This document shows, piece after piece, positions 48,836 through 59,378 of a stretch of 64,000 bases of DNA. The first letter of the stretch is position 1, and every line of letters starts with the position of its first letter. This DNA comes from Candidatus Aadella gelida (GTDB lineage: Bacteria > Omnitrophota > Gorgyraeia > Tantalellales > Tantalellaceae). The stretch spans positions 906-64,905 of the forward strand of contig JAVCDB010000106.1 of NCBI GenBank assembly GCA_030765205.1, given 5' to 3'. Under the pieces are notes generated by a model. The model ran no database searches, was not told the DNA's origin, and was given only the letters and a program-made list of their open reading frames with translations. The position numbers and the translations under genes are program-made.

Positions 48836-49638
48836 TATCTGCCTCTCTTTCCGAGTTTTCGTTCAAGCCTACTCATCTGCTGTTCTGATGCTTTGTATCC
48901 TTCCAAGATAATCTCTTTCGATTTATCAAAATCAAACTGATCAACATTTCTAAGAACTGGTTTTATGCTCAAATCGGCTATTTTAGACTGATAAGAATTA
49001 AGTTCCTCTCCCATTATCTGAACAGACTGGATCAGAGCCGTTATCACGTTATTAATTTTCTGGGTTTTCACACAAAAACCCGGATCTACTGCTACAATGA
49101 ACGTTGCTCCGAATTTCCTCGCCGCTTTAGTCGGAATACTGTTGCGAACCCCTCCGTCTACCAAAAGTCTGCCGTCGATCTCGACCGCTGAAAATATACC
49201 CGGCCAAGAACAGCTTGCACGTATAAGCTTCACCATATCGCCTGAATCATGCGCTTTTTCTTCTCCCGCCTCAAGGTCTGTCGTGGTCAACGCAAATGGT
49301 ATCTTTAAATCGTCAAATCCCTTATCTCCTATTATGCCGGATATTATGTCCTCGAATTTGTTGCCCCTGATAAGCCCTGTTGAAAATAACCCCAGATCGA
49401 CTATATTAGGCCAAGTGAACTCAGATGCTTTTTTTTCTATATCTTCTGGAGAAATGCCCATACAATACGCTGCGCCTATGAGGCTTCCTATACTCGTTCC
49501 TACGATCATGTCAAAAGGCATATTATCAGCCCCGAAATGGTCCTCCAGCGCTTTAAGTACCCCTATATTGGATAACCCCCTAGCTCCTCCCCCTCCTAGG
49601 GCCAATATTACCTTTTTCTTTTTTTTTGAAAACCACAT
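48835..49638 (-). CDS. Patatin-like phospholipase
   Basis: GGGGARG oxyanion loop, GTSIGS nucleophile, DGG motif. Confidence 0.85.
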   Translation of the reverse strand: MWFSKKKKKVILALGGGGARGLSNIGVLKALEDHFGADNMPFDMIVGTSIGSLIGAAYCMGISPEDIEKKASEFTWPNIVDLGLFSTGLIRGNKFEDIISGIIGDKGFDDLKIPFALTTTDLEAGEEKAHDSGDMVKLIRASCSWPGIFSAVEIDGRLLVDGGVRNSIPTKAARKFGATFIVAVDPGFCVKTQKINNVITALIQSVQIMGEELNSYQSKIADLSIKPVLRNVDQFDFDKSKEIILEGYKASEQQMSRLERKLGKRGR

Positions 49639-49658
49639 GCTCGCCCTGCCTTTCTTTA

Positions 49659-50462
49659 TCAGTATGAGATAATTATCCCGGCATACCCCACTACATTATC
49701 TGTCTCCCCAGTAGTATACCCGGAGTCCGTATATTTGACCAGTTCTGCTTTTTTAGCACACAGTTTATTCACACACATTAGCATTATAGCTGCGGGTATA
49801 TACCCGCACATTGAAATATTATTCTCTTCTACAACATCAATTAGCCCTTCAGGATCAAGAGAAATAATTTTTTGTATTGCAATATCATCTTTCATCCGTG
49901 CCTTACCGCGAGCTTCATAATGCGTCATATCGCTGGACGCTATGATAGCAAACTCTTTCCCGGATTCCTTTATCGCGGAACAAATAGCTTCGGTGACTTC
50001 ATACATCTCTTTCTTTGACGCGTATTTGACCGATATGGGAACTATTTTAGCAGAAGAAGCGATACTTTTAATAAAAGGCAATTGTACTTCTATGGAATGT
50101 TCGTCAATATGAGCAGCCCTGTCATCTTCTATCTTTCCATCGCCTTTTTTGATAAAATCCAGAAGATCCATATCTATGTCAAGTGTGCCTAAAGGCGTTT
50201 CCCAGGCTTCATTTGACGAAGCGAAAACAGGTCCATTCCCGACATGATTCGGACCTATGATTATGTAGGTATCCTTTACACCTACTTTTGCATAGGTCTC
50301 TCCTGCCACTAATCCTGAATACATGTAACCAGCATGAGGAACTATGGCCCCTATAGTACGAGTTCTACCGTCACATTCGGGAAGGATACCGTCAATCTCA
50401 ATCCTTAACGCATCCTCTTCTTTTGGATAGAATTGTCCCGCAACCGCAGGATACCTGACCAT
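49659..50462 (-). CDS. AmmeMemoRadiSam system protein B (MEMO1 family)
   Basis: MVRYPAVAGQFYP N-terminus and conserved His motifs. Confidence 0.8.
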   Translation of the reverse strand: MVRYPAVAGQFYPKEEDALRIEIDGILPECDGRTRTIGAIVPHAGYMYSGLVAGETYAKVGVKDTYIIIGPNHVGNGPVFASSNEAWETPLGTLDIDMDLLDFIKKGDGKIEDDRAAHIDEHSIEVQLPFIKSIASSAKIVPISVKYASKKEMYEVTEAICSAIKESGKEFAIIASSDMTHYEARGKARMKDDIAIQKIISLDPEGLIDVVEENNISMCGYIPAAIMLMCVNKLCAKKAELVKYTDSGYTTGETDNVVGYAGIIISY

Positions 50463-50539
50463 TTCATTCCCCTTCGTACTGTTAATAGTGCACTAGTATG
50501 GATATGATTATTATATGGTAACGTGGTGCGGAGGTAAAG

Positions 50540-50760
50540 AAATATTCGTACAATAAGATTGTAAGCAGTAGGCGGGGTTCTAACCCAGCCTACCATCAGT
50601 AAATGACTACGTACGAGTAGCCGGGGTTTAAACCCCGGCTACTGTTGTGGATAACTACGAACAAGGCAGCTCCCCTTAATACTGTTAACAATAAATGGGT
50701 TATAGTTACGAGTATTATATGACAACGCAGTGCAGAGGTAAAGAAATAAAGGTGTAGATA
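50540..50760. repeat. Noncoding region with two paralogous palindromes (gtaggcggggttctaacccagcctac and gtagccggggtttaaaccccggctac) bracketed by a direct repeat (atggtaacgtggtgcggaggtaaagaaata...)
   Basis: Read directly. No ORF. GC-rich relative to its surroundings. Confidence 0.55.
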
Positions 50761-51035
50761 TGTTCTTTTTTAGGAGGCGCCGAGAACGCGACCGAGGGAC
50801 ACCGTTCCCGAGGAAGTGCAGAGGGTAGAGATTCTCTGCTAATGTCCGAGACGAATGAGGATATAACTTATGGAGCTATAGCGAACATAAGTTATAAATC
50901 CGAATTTGGATCGAAATCTCCCGATTTCGACGTTTTGAAAGTCAGATTGATTTGAACCTTTGGGCATTTCCCCTGGGGACAGGTTTGGGAACAATTTCGG
51001 AAACGTCCCTATCTCTACGCCTATCTTTATGTTCC

Positions 51036-53843
51036 CTAATATTCGGTTCCGTCAGAATGGACGACAACTACCGCACTTTTATCTGGATCCAGCATATCCT
51101 TTGCCACGCTGACGATGTCTTCCCCTGATACCTTCTTTATCTTACTGGGATACGATAGATAATCATCGTATCCTAAACCATAAAGTTCATCGAGAGCCAT
51201 CCTTAGAGATATTGAGCTGTTTGTCTCTACCGAAAGAGCATTTTGTGTCACTAGTCGGTTCTTTGAAGATTCTATATCATATTCATCAATTTTTCCCTCG
51301 CGTACCATTCCAATGACTTCATCAACTGCCTCTCCCGCCTCGTTTAGATTCTCTTCTGTAGTTGCAATGTATATGGCAAAAAACCCGGGATCCACTGCCG
51401 GCACATTTACCGCACCTGAAGTGTAGGCAATCCCTTGTTTTTCTCTAGCCGTAAAGAACAATAATCCGTCCGATCCCGACAATAAGGCGCTTATTACGGA
51501 AAGAGGATATTTCCTGCTATCTCTGATCGTCACACCCCGAAACCCTGCAAGAAGTAAGGCCTGCTGTTTAGACATCTTTGTCTCAAACATTCTCTTTTTT
51601 TCAATAGGCAGAGAATCTTTTCCTTCCATTATCATTGAAGATCCTTTCCAGCCGGAAAATCTTTTTTCAAGATCTTTCAATTCGTTTTCTATATCAATAT
51701 CTCCACAAACGGTTATAACAGACCCTGCCGGGACGATACGTTCTCTGTAGAAGGACAATATCTCCTCTCTGGAGACCCTACCCACAGTATCTACTCTGCC
51801 TGATATTTTCATGCCATAAGGATCATTTCCGTAAAGAAGTTTTCTCAAATGATTTGTACCATTCTCAAAAATGTCTTTATCACTCTCATCTATTCCGGCA
51901 ATGATTTTCTTTTTAAGCTTTATAATTTCTTCTTCCGGAAAGATACTGTTCTTCAGTATATCTTCTATAATATCTATCCCCATACCTGCCTGTTCTGAAA
52001 GAAGGTCTAAAGTTACTCCTATACTGTTCATTCCGCTGAACGTATTTATCATTCCTCCGTACTCTTCAATTTCAGAAACTATTTCTTCTCCCGACCTTGA
52101 AGAGGTTCCTTTTAATAAAAGGGCCGCCGTAAGATTAGATATCCCGTTATTCTCTATATTTTCCGCTCTTAATCCTCCCTTGGCAGCAAAAGTAATAGAA
52201 ACCAGAGGAAGCCTGGCTTGTTTTCTAAAAATTATCTTGAGCCCGTTTTTAAGTGTAACTGCCTTTTCCTCAGCAGGCGGAGCTCCTTCTAACCGGACAG
52301 TTCGTTCTTCCGAAATCTTCCCGGGATCTGATTTGAAAAATTCTTTTATTCGTTCTACCCCTTCCGTGATCCCTTTTGCTATCTTTGAGGTCCTTCTCTC
52401 GTCCTTCTTCTTTTTATCCTTCGTCTTTTCGTTCTTTTCGTCAGGATCGCCTTTTAATTTTAACTCGGTCTTGATTATGTCTCGCTGTTCATTAGGCATA
52501 AGAAAAACCGTTGTAGACTTTTTTTCTGAAAAATATTTTGGAAGCATACTTTCGACATCGTCTTTCTTCACTTCCTGTATCTTGTTGACATATTTTCTGA
52601 AAAATAATGGATCATTCATCAGCATCTCAGAATTTGTCATAGCAGAATCTATATCTATTATCTTCTCATTAGAATGAAGATATTCTGATACAACAAGGTT
52701 CTTGGCGCGCTGCAATTCGTTCTCCAATACACCGTTATATTTAAGATCATCTATGATCTTAAATATTTCGTCCCTTGCTTCTTTTATTTTTTCGGGTTCT
52801 CCTATACCTGTTATAATGAACACTCCGGGATATTTAGGCGTATAATTGAAACTGGACACGTCATATAAAAGTTCTTTATCTTCTACCAGGCTTTTATACA
52901 ACCGGGAATCCTTACCGTTACCCAATAGAACGCTTAAAACATCCACAGGGTAAAGATCTTCCGAATAGAGACTGGTTGTATTAAACCCCATGGCCAGATA
53001 CCCCAGGGTAATATCCGCGCCGAACTCGGCCTCTCTAACTTCTTTCTGCGAAGGTTCACGCGGGATATCCGTTACATTTTTTCTCCCGCCCGTATATTCT
53101 CTTAATATTGCCGCAGACATAGGAACACTCTCTTCAAGCGGCACCCCGCCTACTACCCCCACTACCATTCCGCCGGCACCATAAGCAAGGGAATGATACG
53201 ACATGAGATCTTCACGGGTTAATTTCTTTAACCTCTCTTCCCATCCTATTATGGGATACCCGTAGACATGAGTTTTATATACTTCCGAGAACAACAACGA
53301 TATTCTTTTGTCTGCGGGATCGTCTTCCTTTAGCCTTATCTCTTTAAGGATAACTTCCCGTTCCATTTCCATTTCCTCATCCGTAAAGACAAGTTGCGTG
53401 ACCATATCCAAAAGTAATCTCAAAGCTGTCTCAAGCTGATCATTGGGAACCATCATATAGTAGTAAGCTGAGTCAAGCCCCGTAGCACCGTTTACCACGC
53501 CACCCATATGCTTTATTTTTTTGCGTAAATCTTCCGAATTGTATTTATCGGTACCTTTGAAAAGAAGATGTTCCAGGAAATGAGATATCCCGGTGCCGGC
53601 ATACTCCCCTTCATTTGATAATCCTGATAATACTCTAACTTGGACAGCTACAAGGGATGATTCCGGGATATATCCGCATATCAGTTTAGCTCCGTTATCA
53701 AGTTCGGTCTTCTCATAATCCAGAAAAGGTTTCTCGGCAAACGTGGTATGTGGAACACCTAGGAGTGTTAACATAAAAAAGCATGACACAAAAAATTGTC
53801 CCATGCTTTTCTTTGAAATAATAGCTGTAGATATTCGCTTCAT
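51036..53843 (-). CDS. M16-family zinc peptidase (tandem insulinase-like halves, secreted)
   Basis: Signal peptide and HFLEHLLF (HxxEH) motif; 935 aa. Confidence 0.85.
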   Translation of the reverse strand: MKRISTAIISKKSMGQFFVSCFFMLTLLGVPHTTFAEKPFLDYEKTELDNGAKLICGYIPESSLVAVQVRVLSGLSNEGEYAGTGISHFLEHLLFKGTDKYNSEDLRKKIKHMGGVVNGATGLDSAYYYMMVPNDQLETALRLLLDMVTQLVFTDEEMEMEREVILKEIRLKEDDPADKRISLLFSEVYKTHVYGYPIIGWEERLKKLTREDLMSYHSLAYGAGGMVVGVVGGVPLEESVPMSAAILREYTGGRKNVTDIPREPSQKEVREAEFGADITLGYLAMGFNTTSLYSEDLYPVDVLSVLLGNGKDSRLYKSLVEDKELLYDVSSFNYTPKYPGVFIITGIGEPEKIKEARDEIFKIIDDLKYNGVLENELQRAKNLVVSEYLHSNEKIIDIDSAMTNSEMLMNDPLFFRKYVNKIQEVKKDDVESMLPKYFSEKKSTTVFLMPNEQRDIIKTELKLKGDPDEKNEKTKDKKKKDERRTSKIAKGITEGVERIKEFFKSDPGKISEERTVRLEGAPPAEEKAVTLKNGLKIIFRKQARLPLVSITFAAKGGLRAENIENNGISNLTAALLLKGTSSRSGEEIVSEIEEYGGMINTFSGMNSIGVTLDLLSEQAGMGIDIIEDILKNSIFPEEEIIKLKKKIIAGIDESDKDIFENGTNHLRKLLYGNDPYGMKISGRVDTVGRVSREEILSFYRERIVPAGSVITVCGDIDIENELKDLEKRFSGWKGSSMIMEGKDSLPIEKKRMFETKMSKQQALLLAGFRGVTIRDSRKYPLSVISALLSGSDGLLFFTAREKQGIAYTSGAVNVPAVDPGFFAIYIATTEENLNEAGEAVDEVIGMVREGKIDEYDIESSKNRLVTQNALSVETNSSISLRMALDELYGLGYDDYLSYPSKIKKVSGEDIVSVAKDMLDPDKSAVVVVHSDGTEY

Positions 53844-53873
53844 GATAAAGACATTATATACCGTACCGCTGAT

Positions 53874-56800
53874 TTATTCTACCTTTACACTTCGTATCAT
53901 ACTGGTATGATGCGTTATTTTAATAGCAATATCGTCCACTATAGAATAAATGCAAGGTATAACTATGAGAGTGAGAAGCGTAGCGAAAGCTATCCCCCAG
54001 CATACAGCGAGCGCCATAGGAACAAGAAAAGGATCCTTTCCCCCGATGCCGTATGCTACGGTAGAGAGCCCCCCTACAGTTGTTATAGTTGTTAAAAGTA
54101 CCGGCCTGAGCCTCATTTGACCGGCCTTCACTATGGATTCATATCTCTCGCTCCCATCATTTCGAAGTTTATTTATGAAACTTACAAGAACAATAGAATC
54201 ATTAACAACTATCCCATTAAGACCTACTATACCTAAAATGGCCATAAAAGAGAACGGCATTCCATGCACAAGAAAAGCAAATACCACGCCTATGAGCCCG
54301 AAGGGGATAGCCAGCATGACTATCAGCGGCTGGATAAGAGATCTAAAGAAAGACGACAATATGAGATATATAAAAAGAAACGCGAACATAAAAGCTTTTA
54401 ACAGGCTTAAAAGCGATTCCATTGTCTCTTCCTGTTCTCCTCCATATTTTACGGAGTATCCCATGTACCGTTCGGAAAGATCCTTGAATTTTTCTGAAAG
54501 CATTCTATTAATTTCTACAGGCGTTATTTTGCTAGCATCCACATTACATGAAACCGTTACCACGCGTTTCCCGTCCAGATGACTGATAGTCGTACTCCCG
54601 GGAACTTTTTCTATTTCAGCCACGGTTTTTAGAGGTATCAGATTCCCGTATTTGTTCCTGATAAAGATATCTTCAAAAACCGATATATCTTTACCGAATC
54701 CTTCCGGGAACATGATAGTAACATCTGTTTCTTCTTCCGCCTTAACAGGTTTTATCCTGGTAGCTACATTGCCTTCAAATACACTTCTGACCGTTTTGGC
54801 TACTTGTTGTATGGTTATCCCCGCTAAAGCGGCCTGATTGTGATCCACTTTTACCAGGATCTCTTCTTTTCCTGGCTTATGGTCCCATGTCACATCAGTA
54901 GTACCGTCAATACTCTTTAAAAAGTCCATATATTCAGCGGATATCGTGTCAAGAACTTCGAAATCCTCTCCTCTTATTCTGGCCTCAACAGCCTTCCCCA
55001 CAGGAGGCCCGGACTCGGCTTCTTCAAACCGGAATTCAGTAAATCCCTGTATATCTTTTGTTTTCGCGCGCAGTTCTTCTATTATGTCACTGGCTTTCCT
55101 TTTTCGGTCCTGTTCGGGAGTCAGGTATACCGCTATCTGTACCATATAGCTCGCAACACCCGAAAATGGATCATGCCTGTCTTCAGATATGCTCCCGACA
55201 GAAGTCACGAAGGTATCAAGTTCTTCTTCCGGAAGCTGAGCAACGATCCTTTCAACCGGCTCGATCAGATCATTGGTCTTCTCAAGCGGAGTCCCTATAG
55301 GCGCTTCGGCTCTGACAAAAAAGTAATTAATTCCGGCACTCGGAAAAAGCCTGAACTTCATTACGTTCCCTGCCAGAAAGACACATAGGATAAGGATCAT
55401 AGAGAATGTAAAAAGAACTTTATATCTTCTCTTTATAGCCCCTTCCACTACCCAGGTATATCCCTTGACCAGTTTCTCGAACCAGGGAACCTTTTTTGCT
55501 ACTCCCAATGATTTCCCTTTGACATCAACTTTTACTTTCACAAAATCCGCCAGATGACTCGGCAATATTATCAAGGCTTCCGCAAGAGATGCCAGAAGCG
55601 CAACAATAAGCACCAGAGGTATATCTCGTATGAATTTACCGATGATCCCTGTCATAAAAAGAAGAGGTGAGAATGCCGCGACAGTGGTAAATACCGCTGT
55701 GGTGACCGCTCCCATGACCTCTTCCGCCCCCTTAACAGCGGCTTCTCTGGGCGGCATACCTTTTTCTAGATACCTAAAAATATTCTCTGCAACGATTATC
55801 CCGTCATCAACGATCATTCCAAGAACGATGATCAGACCAAACATACTTATAAGATTTATGGTTATACCCATCACACTCATCACTATGAATGTCGTAAAAA
55901 ACGCTATTGGGATACCCAGTATAGCCATCATCGCGACACGTTTTTCAAGGAACAGCATCATCGAAAAAATTACAAGCACCAATCCGAACCATCCATTATT
56001 CTTGAGAACATTGAGCCTTCGCCTTGTAAAAAAAGAATAATCATTTACATACGATATTTCAAGATCATCCGGGCATCTCTTCTCAAAAGCTTCGGATACT
56101 TCACGTATTTTATCGACACAATCTATAGCATCCCCTGACTCCTTTTTCTGAACAACGAGATTAATAGATCGTGTTTCACGCGTTTTGTAGATAATACTCT
56201 CTTTTTTAAAGGTATCCTTAACCTCGGCAACATCCTTTATCTTGAGCCAGTTTCCGGAATCATTCGCTCTGATTATCACTTCCTCGACCTCAGCGGCTGT
56301 ATCGAATTCCCCTGTAGTCCTTACGCTATATTCTGTATCTGCGGTATTCATTTCTCCCGCAGGTATACTTATATTCCTTGAAGCCAGGGCTTCTTCAATT
56401 TCATCAACGGAAACATAATACTCCTCAAGTTTTTCGGGTATAACACGTACTTGTATCTCCCTATCCCTGTACCCCGACTTAGTTATTTTAGCCACCCCGT
56501 CGATATCCTCTATTTCATCTTCCAGCGCCTCGGCATACCCCTGCAATGTATGTTCGTCCATCTCCCCCGACAATGACACCTCAATAATGGCATATTGCTT
56601 TGACGTCATCTCTTCGACAATAGGATCCTCGTCTATAGCGTCCGGAAGCCCTTTGACCCTCTTCGCAGCACTTTCGATATCCCTTATGACACGTTGTTTA
56701 TTATCTTCATCCGGATCAAGCTTTATCTGTATCAAGGATATCCCGGCAGTCGAAGATGAACTTATTTCATCTATCCCGTCTACCTCTCTGATCTCTTTTT

Positions 56801-57002
56801 CCAAAGGTACTGTTATAAGTTTCTCTACATCCGCGGGAGTAGATCCAGGATAGGTTGTAGTTACGGTCACTCTATCAAAATCCACATTCGGGAATATCTC
56901 TCTGCTCATTCCAAATAATACCGTTACCCCCACTATCAAAATAATAGCGGATATCAGATTCACAAAAAGAGATTGATTAACACTAAATTTAGGTAAGCTC
57001 AT
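53874..57002 (-). CDS. RND efflux transporter permease (AcrB/CusA superfamily)
   Basis: 12-TM RND architecture; 1042 aa. Confidence 0.88.
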   Translation of the reverse strand: MSLPKFSVNQSLFVNLISAIILIVGVTVLFGMSREIFPNVDFDRVTVTTTYPGSTPADVEKLITVPLEKEIREVDGIDEISSSSTAGISLIQIKLDPDEDNKQRVIRDIESAAKRVKGLPDAIDEDPIVEEMTSKQYAIIEVSLSGEMDEHTLQGYAEALEDEIEDIDGVAKITKSGYRDREIQVRVIPEKLEEYYVSVDEIEEALASRNISIPAGEMNTADTEYSVRTTGEFDTAAEVEEVIIRANDSGNWLKIKDVAEVKDTFKKESIIYKTRETRSINLVVQKKESGDAIDCVDKIREVSEAFEKRCPDDLEISYVNDYSFFTRRRLNVLKNNGWFGLVLVIFSMMLFLEKRVAMMAILGIPIAFFTTFIVMSVMGITINLISMFGLIIVLGMIVDDGIIVAENIFRYLEKGMPPREAAVKGAEEVMGAVTTAVFTTVAAFSPLLFMTGIIGKFIRDIPLVLIVALLASLAEALIILPSHLADFVKVKVDVKGKSLGVAKKVPWFEKLVKGYTWVVEGAIKRRYKVLFTFSMILILCVFLAGNVMKFRLFPSAGINYFFVRAEAPIGTPLEKTNDLIEPVERIVAQLPEEELDTFVTSVGSISEDRHDPFSGVASYMVQIAVYLTPEQDRKRKASDIIEELRAKTKDIQGFTEFRFEEAESGPPVGKAVEARIRGEDFEVLDTISAEYMDFLKSIDGTTDVTWDHKPGKEEILVKVDHNQAALAGITIQQVAKTVRSVFEGNVATRIKPVKAEEETDVTIMFPEGFGKDISVFEDIFIRNKYGNLIPLKTVAEIEKVPGSTTISHLDGKRVVTVSCNVDASKITPVEINRMLSEKFKDLSERYMGYSVKYGGEQEETMESLLSLLKAFMFAFLFIYLILSSFFRSLIQPLIVMLAIPFGLIGVVFAFLVHGMPFSFMAILGIVGLNGIVVNDSIVLVSFINKLRNDGSERYESIVKAGQMRLRPVLLTTITTVGGLSTVAYGIGGKDPFLVPMALAVCWGIAFATLLTLIVIPCIYSIVDDIAIKITHHTSMIRSVKVE

Positions 57003-58495
57003 AACATATCCTTGTATTTATCGAGAGTAACGTTCATTGTCCGGTTAAGATCGATCACCGCACTATTATATTTTTGAATGAACACAGCGTTCTCTAATTT
57101 AACATTCAGTATGTCTCTTTGATAATCAATTATTTTTTTAGTGTTGCTCCGGCCGTACTTAAACCGTTTTTCTTCTTCGGCAAGTTTTTTTTCTTCTAGC
57201 TCAACTGCCTTGTCAGAATACAGGATACTTTCCTTCAAGGCCTTCATGTCACCGAAAGCGTTTCCTATTTCAGTAATTATAGCGCGTTCTGTCTCCTTTA
57301 GAGTAATTAGGGCTTTTTCTTTCTCATGCTCGGCCTTAATTTTCTGGCTGAGTGCATCTCTATTATCGAGAGGTATTTCTACTTCTATCCCTGCGAGATA
57401 ATAAGTATTATCACCTCCTGTTGTTTTTCTTACAGCTTCGGTCAAGTCGCCTTCCAATCCGTTGACAGCCATACTTAAACTAACATCTACTTCCGGCAAG
57501 GTGTTATTCTTTTTGATCTTGAGATTCAATCCTTTTATCTCTATCTCTTTTTTTGCAACAAGATAATCCCTTCTTCTCATAAAGGCTTCTTTAAGGCATC
57601 CCTCGAGATCGACATGAGGCTCTTTCAACCTAATACCTTCTATTGCCTCCAGACCCTTCTCTGATCCTATATTCATCAACAATTTAAGATTAGCCCTAGC
57701 CTTTTCAAGATCGTTTTCAGAAATATTATATTCAGCTTTTATCCTTAAAAGATTAGCTTCCGAAGCTATCAGATCCACTTTTTCTGTGAGCCCTATCTCA
57801 AGATTCTTCTTATCAGTCTCATTCAGTTCTTCTGATCTTTTAAGCATCTCCTTGTATATATTCAAAGATTCTGTAGCGTGAACAAGGCCAATATATGCCT
57901 TTTCTACTTGAGAAATGACCCCCTCTATCCTGTCCTGCTCGTCAAGTCCAGCATTCTCTATAGACATTCTAGTTAAAGAAAGATTCCCCCTATCAATATA
58001 CCCCAATCCGTTTTTCGCTAAAGGCTGCACAAGCGTAACCATGCCTTCGACCTCATGTGCGGGATTTTTTGACGTAAATTCCGTATTATTCCACGACCTT
58101 TGGTCCGACAATTCCGCTGAAACTTCCGTTCCCGTGAGAAAGGTCTTTTTAAGACCTGCATAATACGAATTGGTCTGGTTGTCGTCAGAAGCAAAAACCG
58201 ATAATTGCTGACGTTTATCGTCTAAATAGGACGCTCCTCCGTACAAAACAGTATCGAAAACCGCTTCAGAATACATTCGATCTGTTTCCGCTATATAAAG
58301 ATCAAGCTTTGCCTTCTTCACTTCAAAACTATTTTTTAACGCGACCGTTACACATTCTTCTAGAGAAAAAGTTTCAATGGCATCCTCTTTACCTTCGAGC
58401 GTCATTCCCGAAACACATAGAAGTAAGGTAAGAGCGCAACATACCTTCAGAACTCTTAATCCCTTCTTCCTATTTTTAGAGCTGATAGATCTCAT
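56999..58495 (-). CDS. Outer-membrane efflux protein (TolC family)
   Basis: Signal peptide and tandem OEP repeats; 498 aa. Overlaps the RND gene by 4 bp. Confidence 0.8.
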   Translation of the reverse strand: MRSISSKNRKKGLRVLKVCCALTLLLCVSGMTLEGKEDAIETFSLEECVTVALKNSFEVKKAKLDLYIAETDRMYSEAVFDTVLYGGASYLDDKRQQLSVFASDDNQTNSYYAGLKKTFLTGTEVSAELSDQRSWNNTEFTSKNPAHEVEGMVTLVQPLAKNGLGYIDRGNLSLTRMSIENAGLDEQDRIEGVISQVEKAYIGLVHATESLNIYKEMLKRSEELNETDKKNLEIGLTEKVDLIASEANLLRIKAEYNISENDLEKARANLKLLMNIGSEKGLEAIEGIRLKEPHVDLEGCLKEAFMRRRDYLVAKKEIEIKGLNLKIKKNNTLPEVDVSLSMAVNGLEGDLTEAVRKTTGGDNTYYLAGIEVEIPLDNRDALSQKIKAEHEKEKALITLKETERAIITEIGNAFGDMKALKESILYSDKAVELEEKKLAEEEKRFKYGRSNTKKIIDYQRDILNVKLENAVFIQKYNSAVIDLNRTMNVTLDKYKDML

Positions 58496-58497
58496 TC

Positions 58498-58938
58498 TTA
58501 CCCTCTCAGTTTTGTATATACTTTAGTCAATAATCTCAAATATTCTTTTTTTTCATCATACGTAAACACGGAAAAAACATCGTTGACGACATCTATCTTC
58601 ATGCGATAGGTCTTTTCCACAATTCTTTTCCCTTTGGGGAGCATTAATACCATTACTACTCTGCGGTCCGTACCTGACCTTTCTCTCTTAACAAGCTTCA
58701 TTTCGGTCATCTTGTCGATAATCCCGGTAACAGCGCTCAAAGTTATCCCCAGAAGATCCGCAATATCACCCATACGACATGCACCTCTCTCTTTCAGCAT
58801 ATCCAATATCGCAATATGTGTCAGGCTTAAGTTATCCCTTCCCATTACCTTCATCTGTTTTACTACTATTTCCCGTAAGATAAGCGGGTGTATCTTAGCG
58901 AACTCTTCCCCTATATTTATCGTATTTTTCTTTTCCAT
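58498..58938 (-). CDS. MarR-family transcriptional regulator
   Basis: Winged helix-turn-helix (LSLTHIAILDMLKERGACRMGDIADLLGITLSAVTGIIDKM). Confidence 0.85.
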   Translation of the reverse strand: MEKKNTINIGEEFAKIHPLILREIVVKQMKVMGRDNLSLTHIAILDMLKERGACRMGDIADLLGITLSAVTGIIDKMTEMKLVKRERSGTDRRVVMVLMLPKGKRIVEKTYRMKIDVVNDVFSVFTYDEKKEYLRLLTKVYTKLRG

Positions 58939-59048
58939 GATCCATCCTTAAAATAAACTTAACCTACAAAATACTTAACTTACTTAACTATTTCTCCAGT
59001 AAAGTATATTCCTGTAAGGCAAATATGTCAAGTGTAATAGTTTGTAGT

Positions 59049-59340
59049 TGGGGGATGTTATTAGACTATTGACTATAGACCATCACTATAGACAGAGAAT
59101 GACCGATCCTTCTTCGCTGCTTGAAGACTAAAAAGAGGGTACAGCTTCGAAGAGACAAGTGTTTAAGAACAGTTTAAAAGGTTGAAAAGTTTTAAAGGTT
59201 TAAAATTCAGATTGGGCTGATGCAGGAAACGGTCTAAAAGGTAGGGATTGACTGATGTGAACAGTGAAAGGTCAATAGTCAATAGTCAATTGTCAAGGGT
59301 CAACAGATGACCTTTCACTATTCACTTTTACTGATCGTGC
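59049..59340. repeat. Heptad MITE-like element (orientation B), the longest interior variant
   Basis: ttattagactattgactatagac...cagattgggctgatgcaggaaacggtc...ggtcaatagtcaatagtcaattgtcaagggtcaacag. Confidence 0.75.
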
Positions 59341-59378
59341 TATACGCTATACTACATATTCTATACTAATTGCGACCT

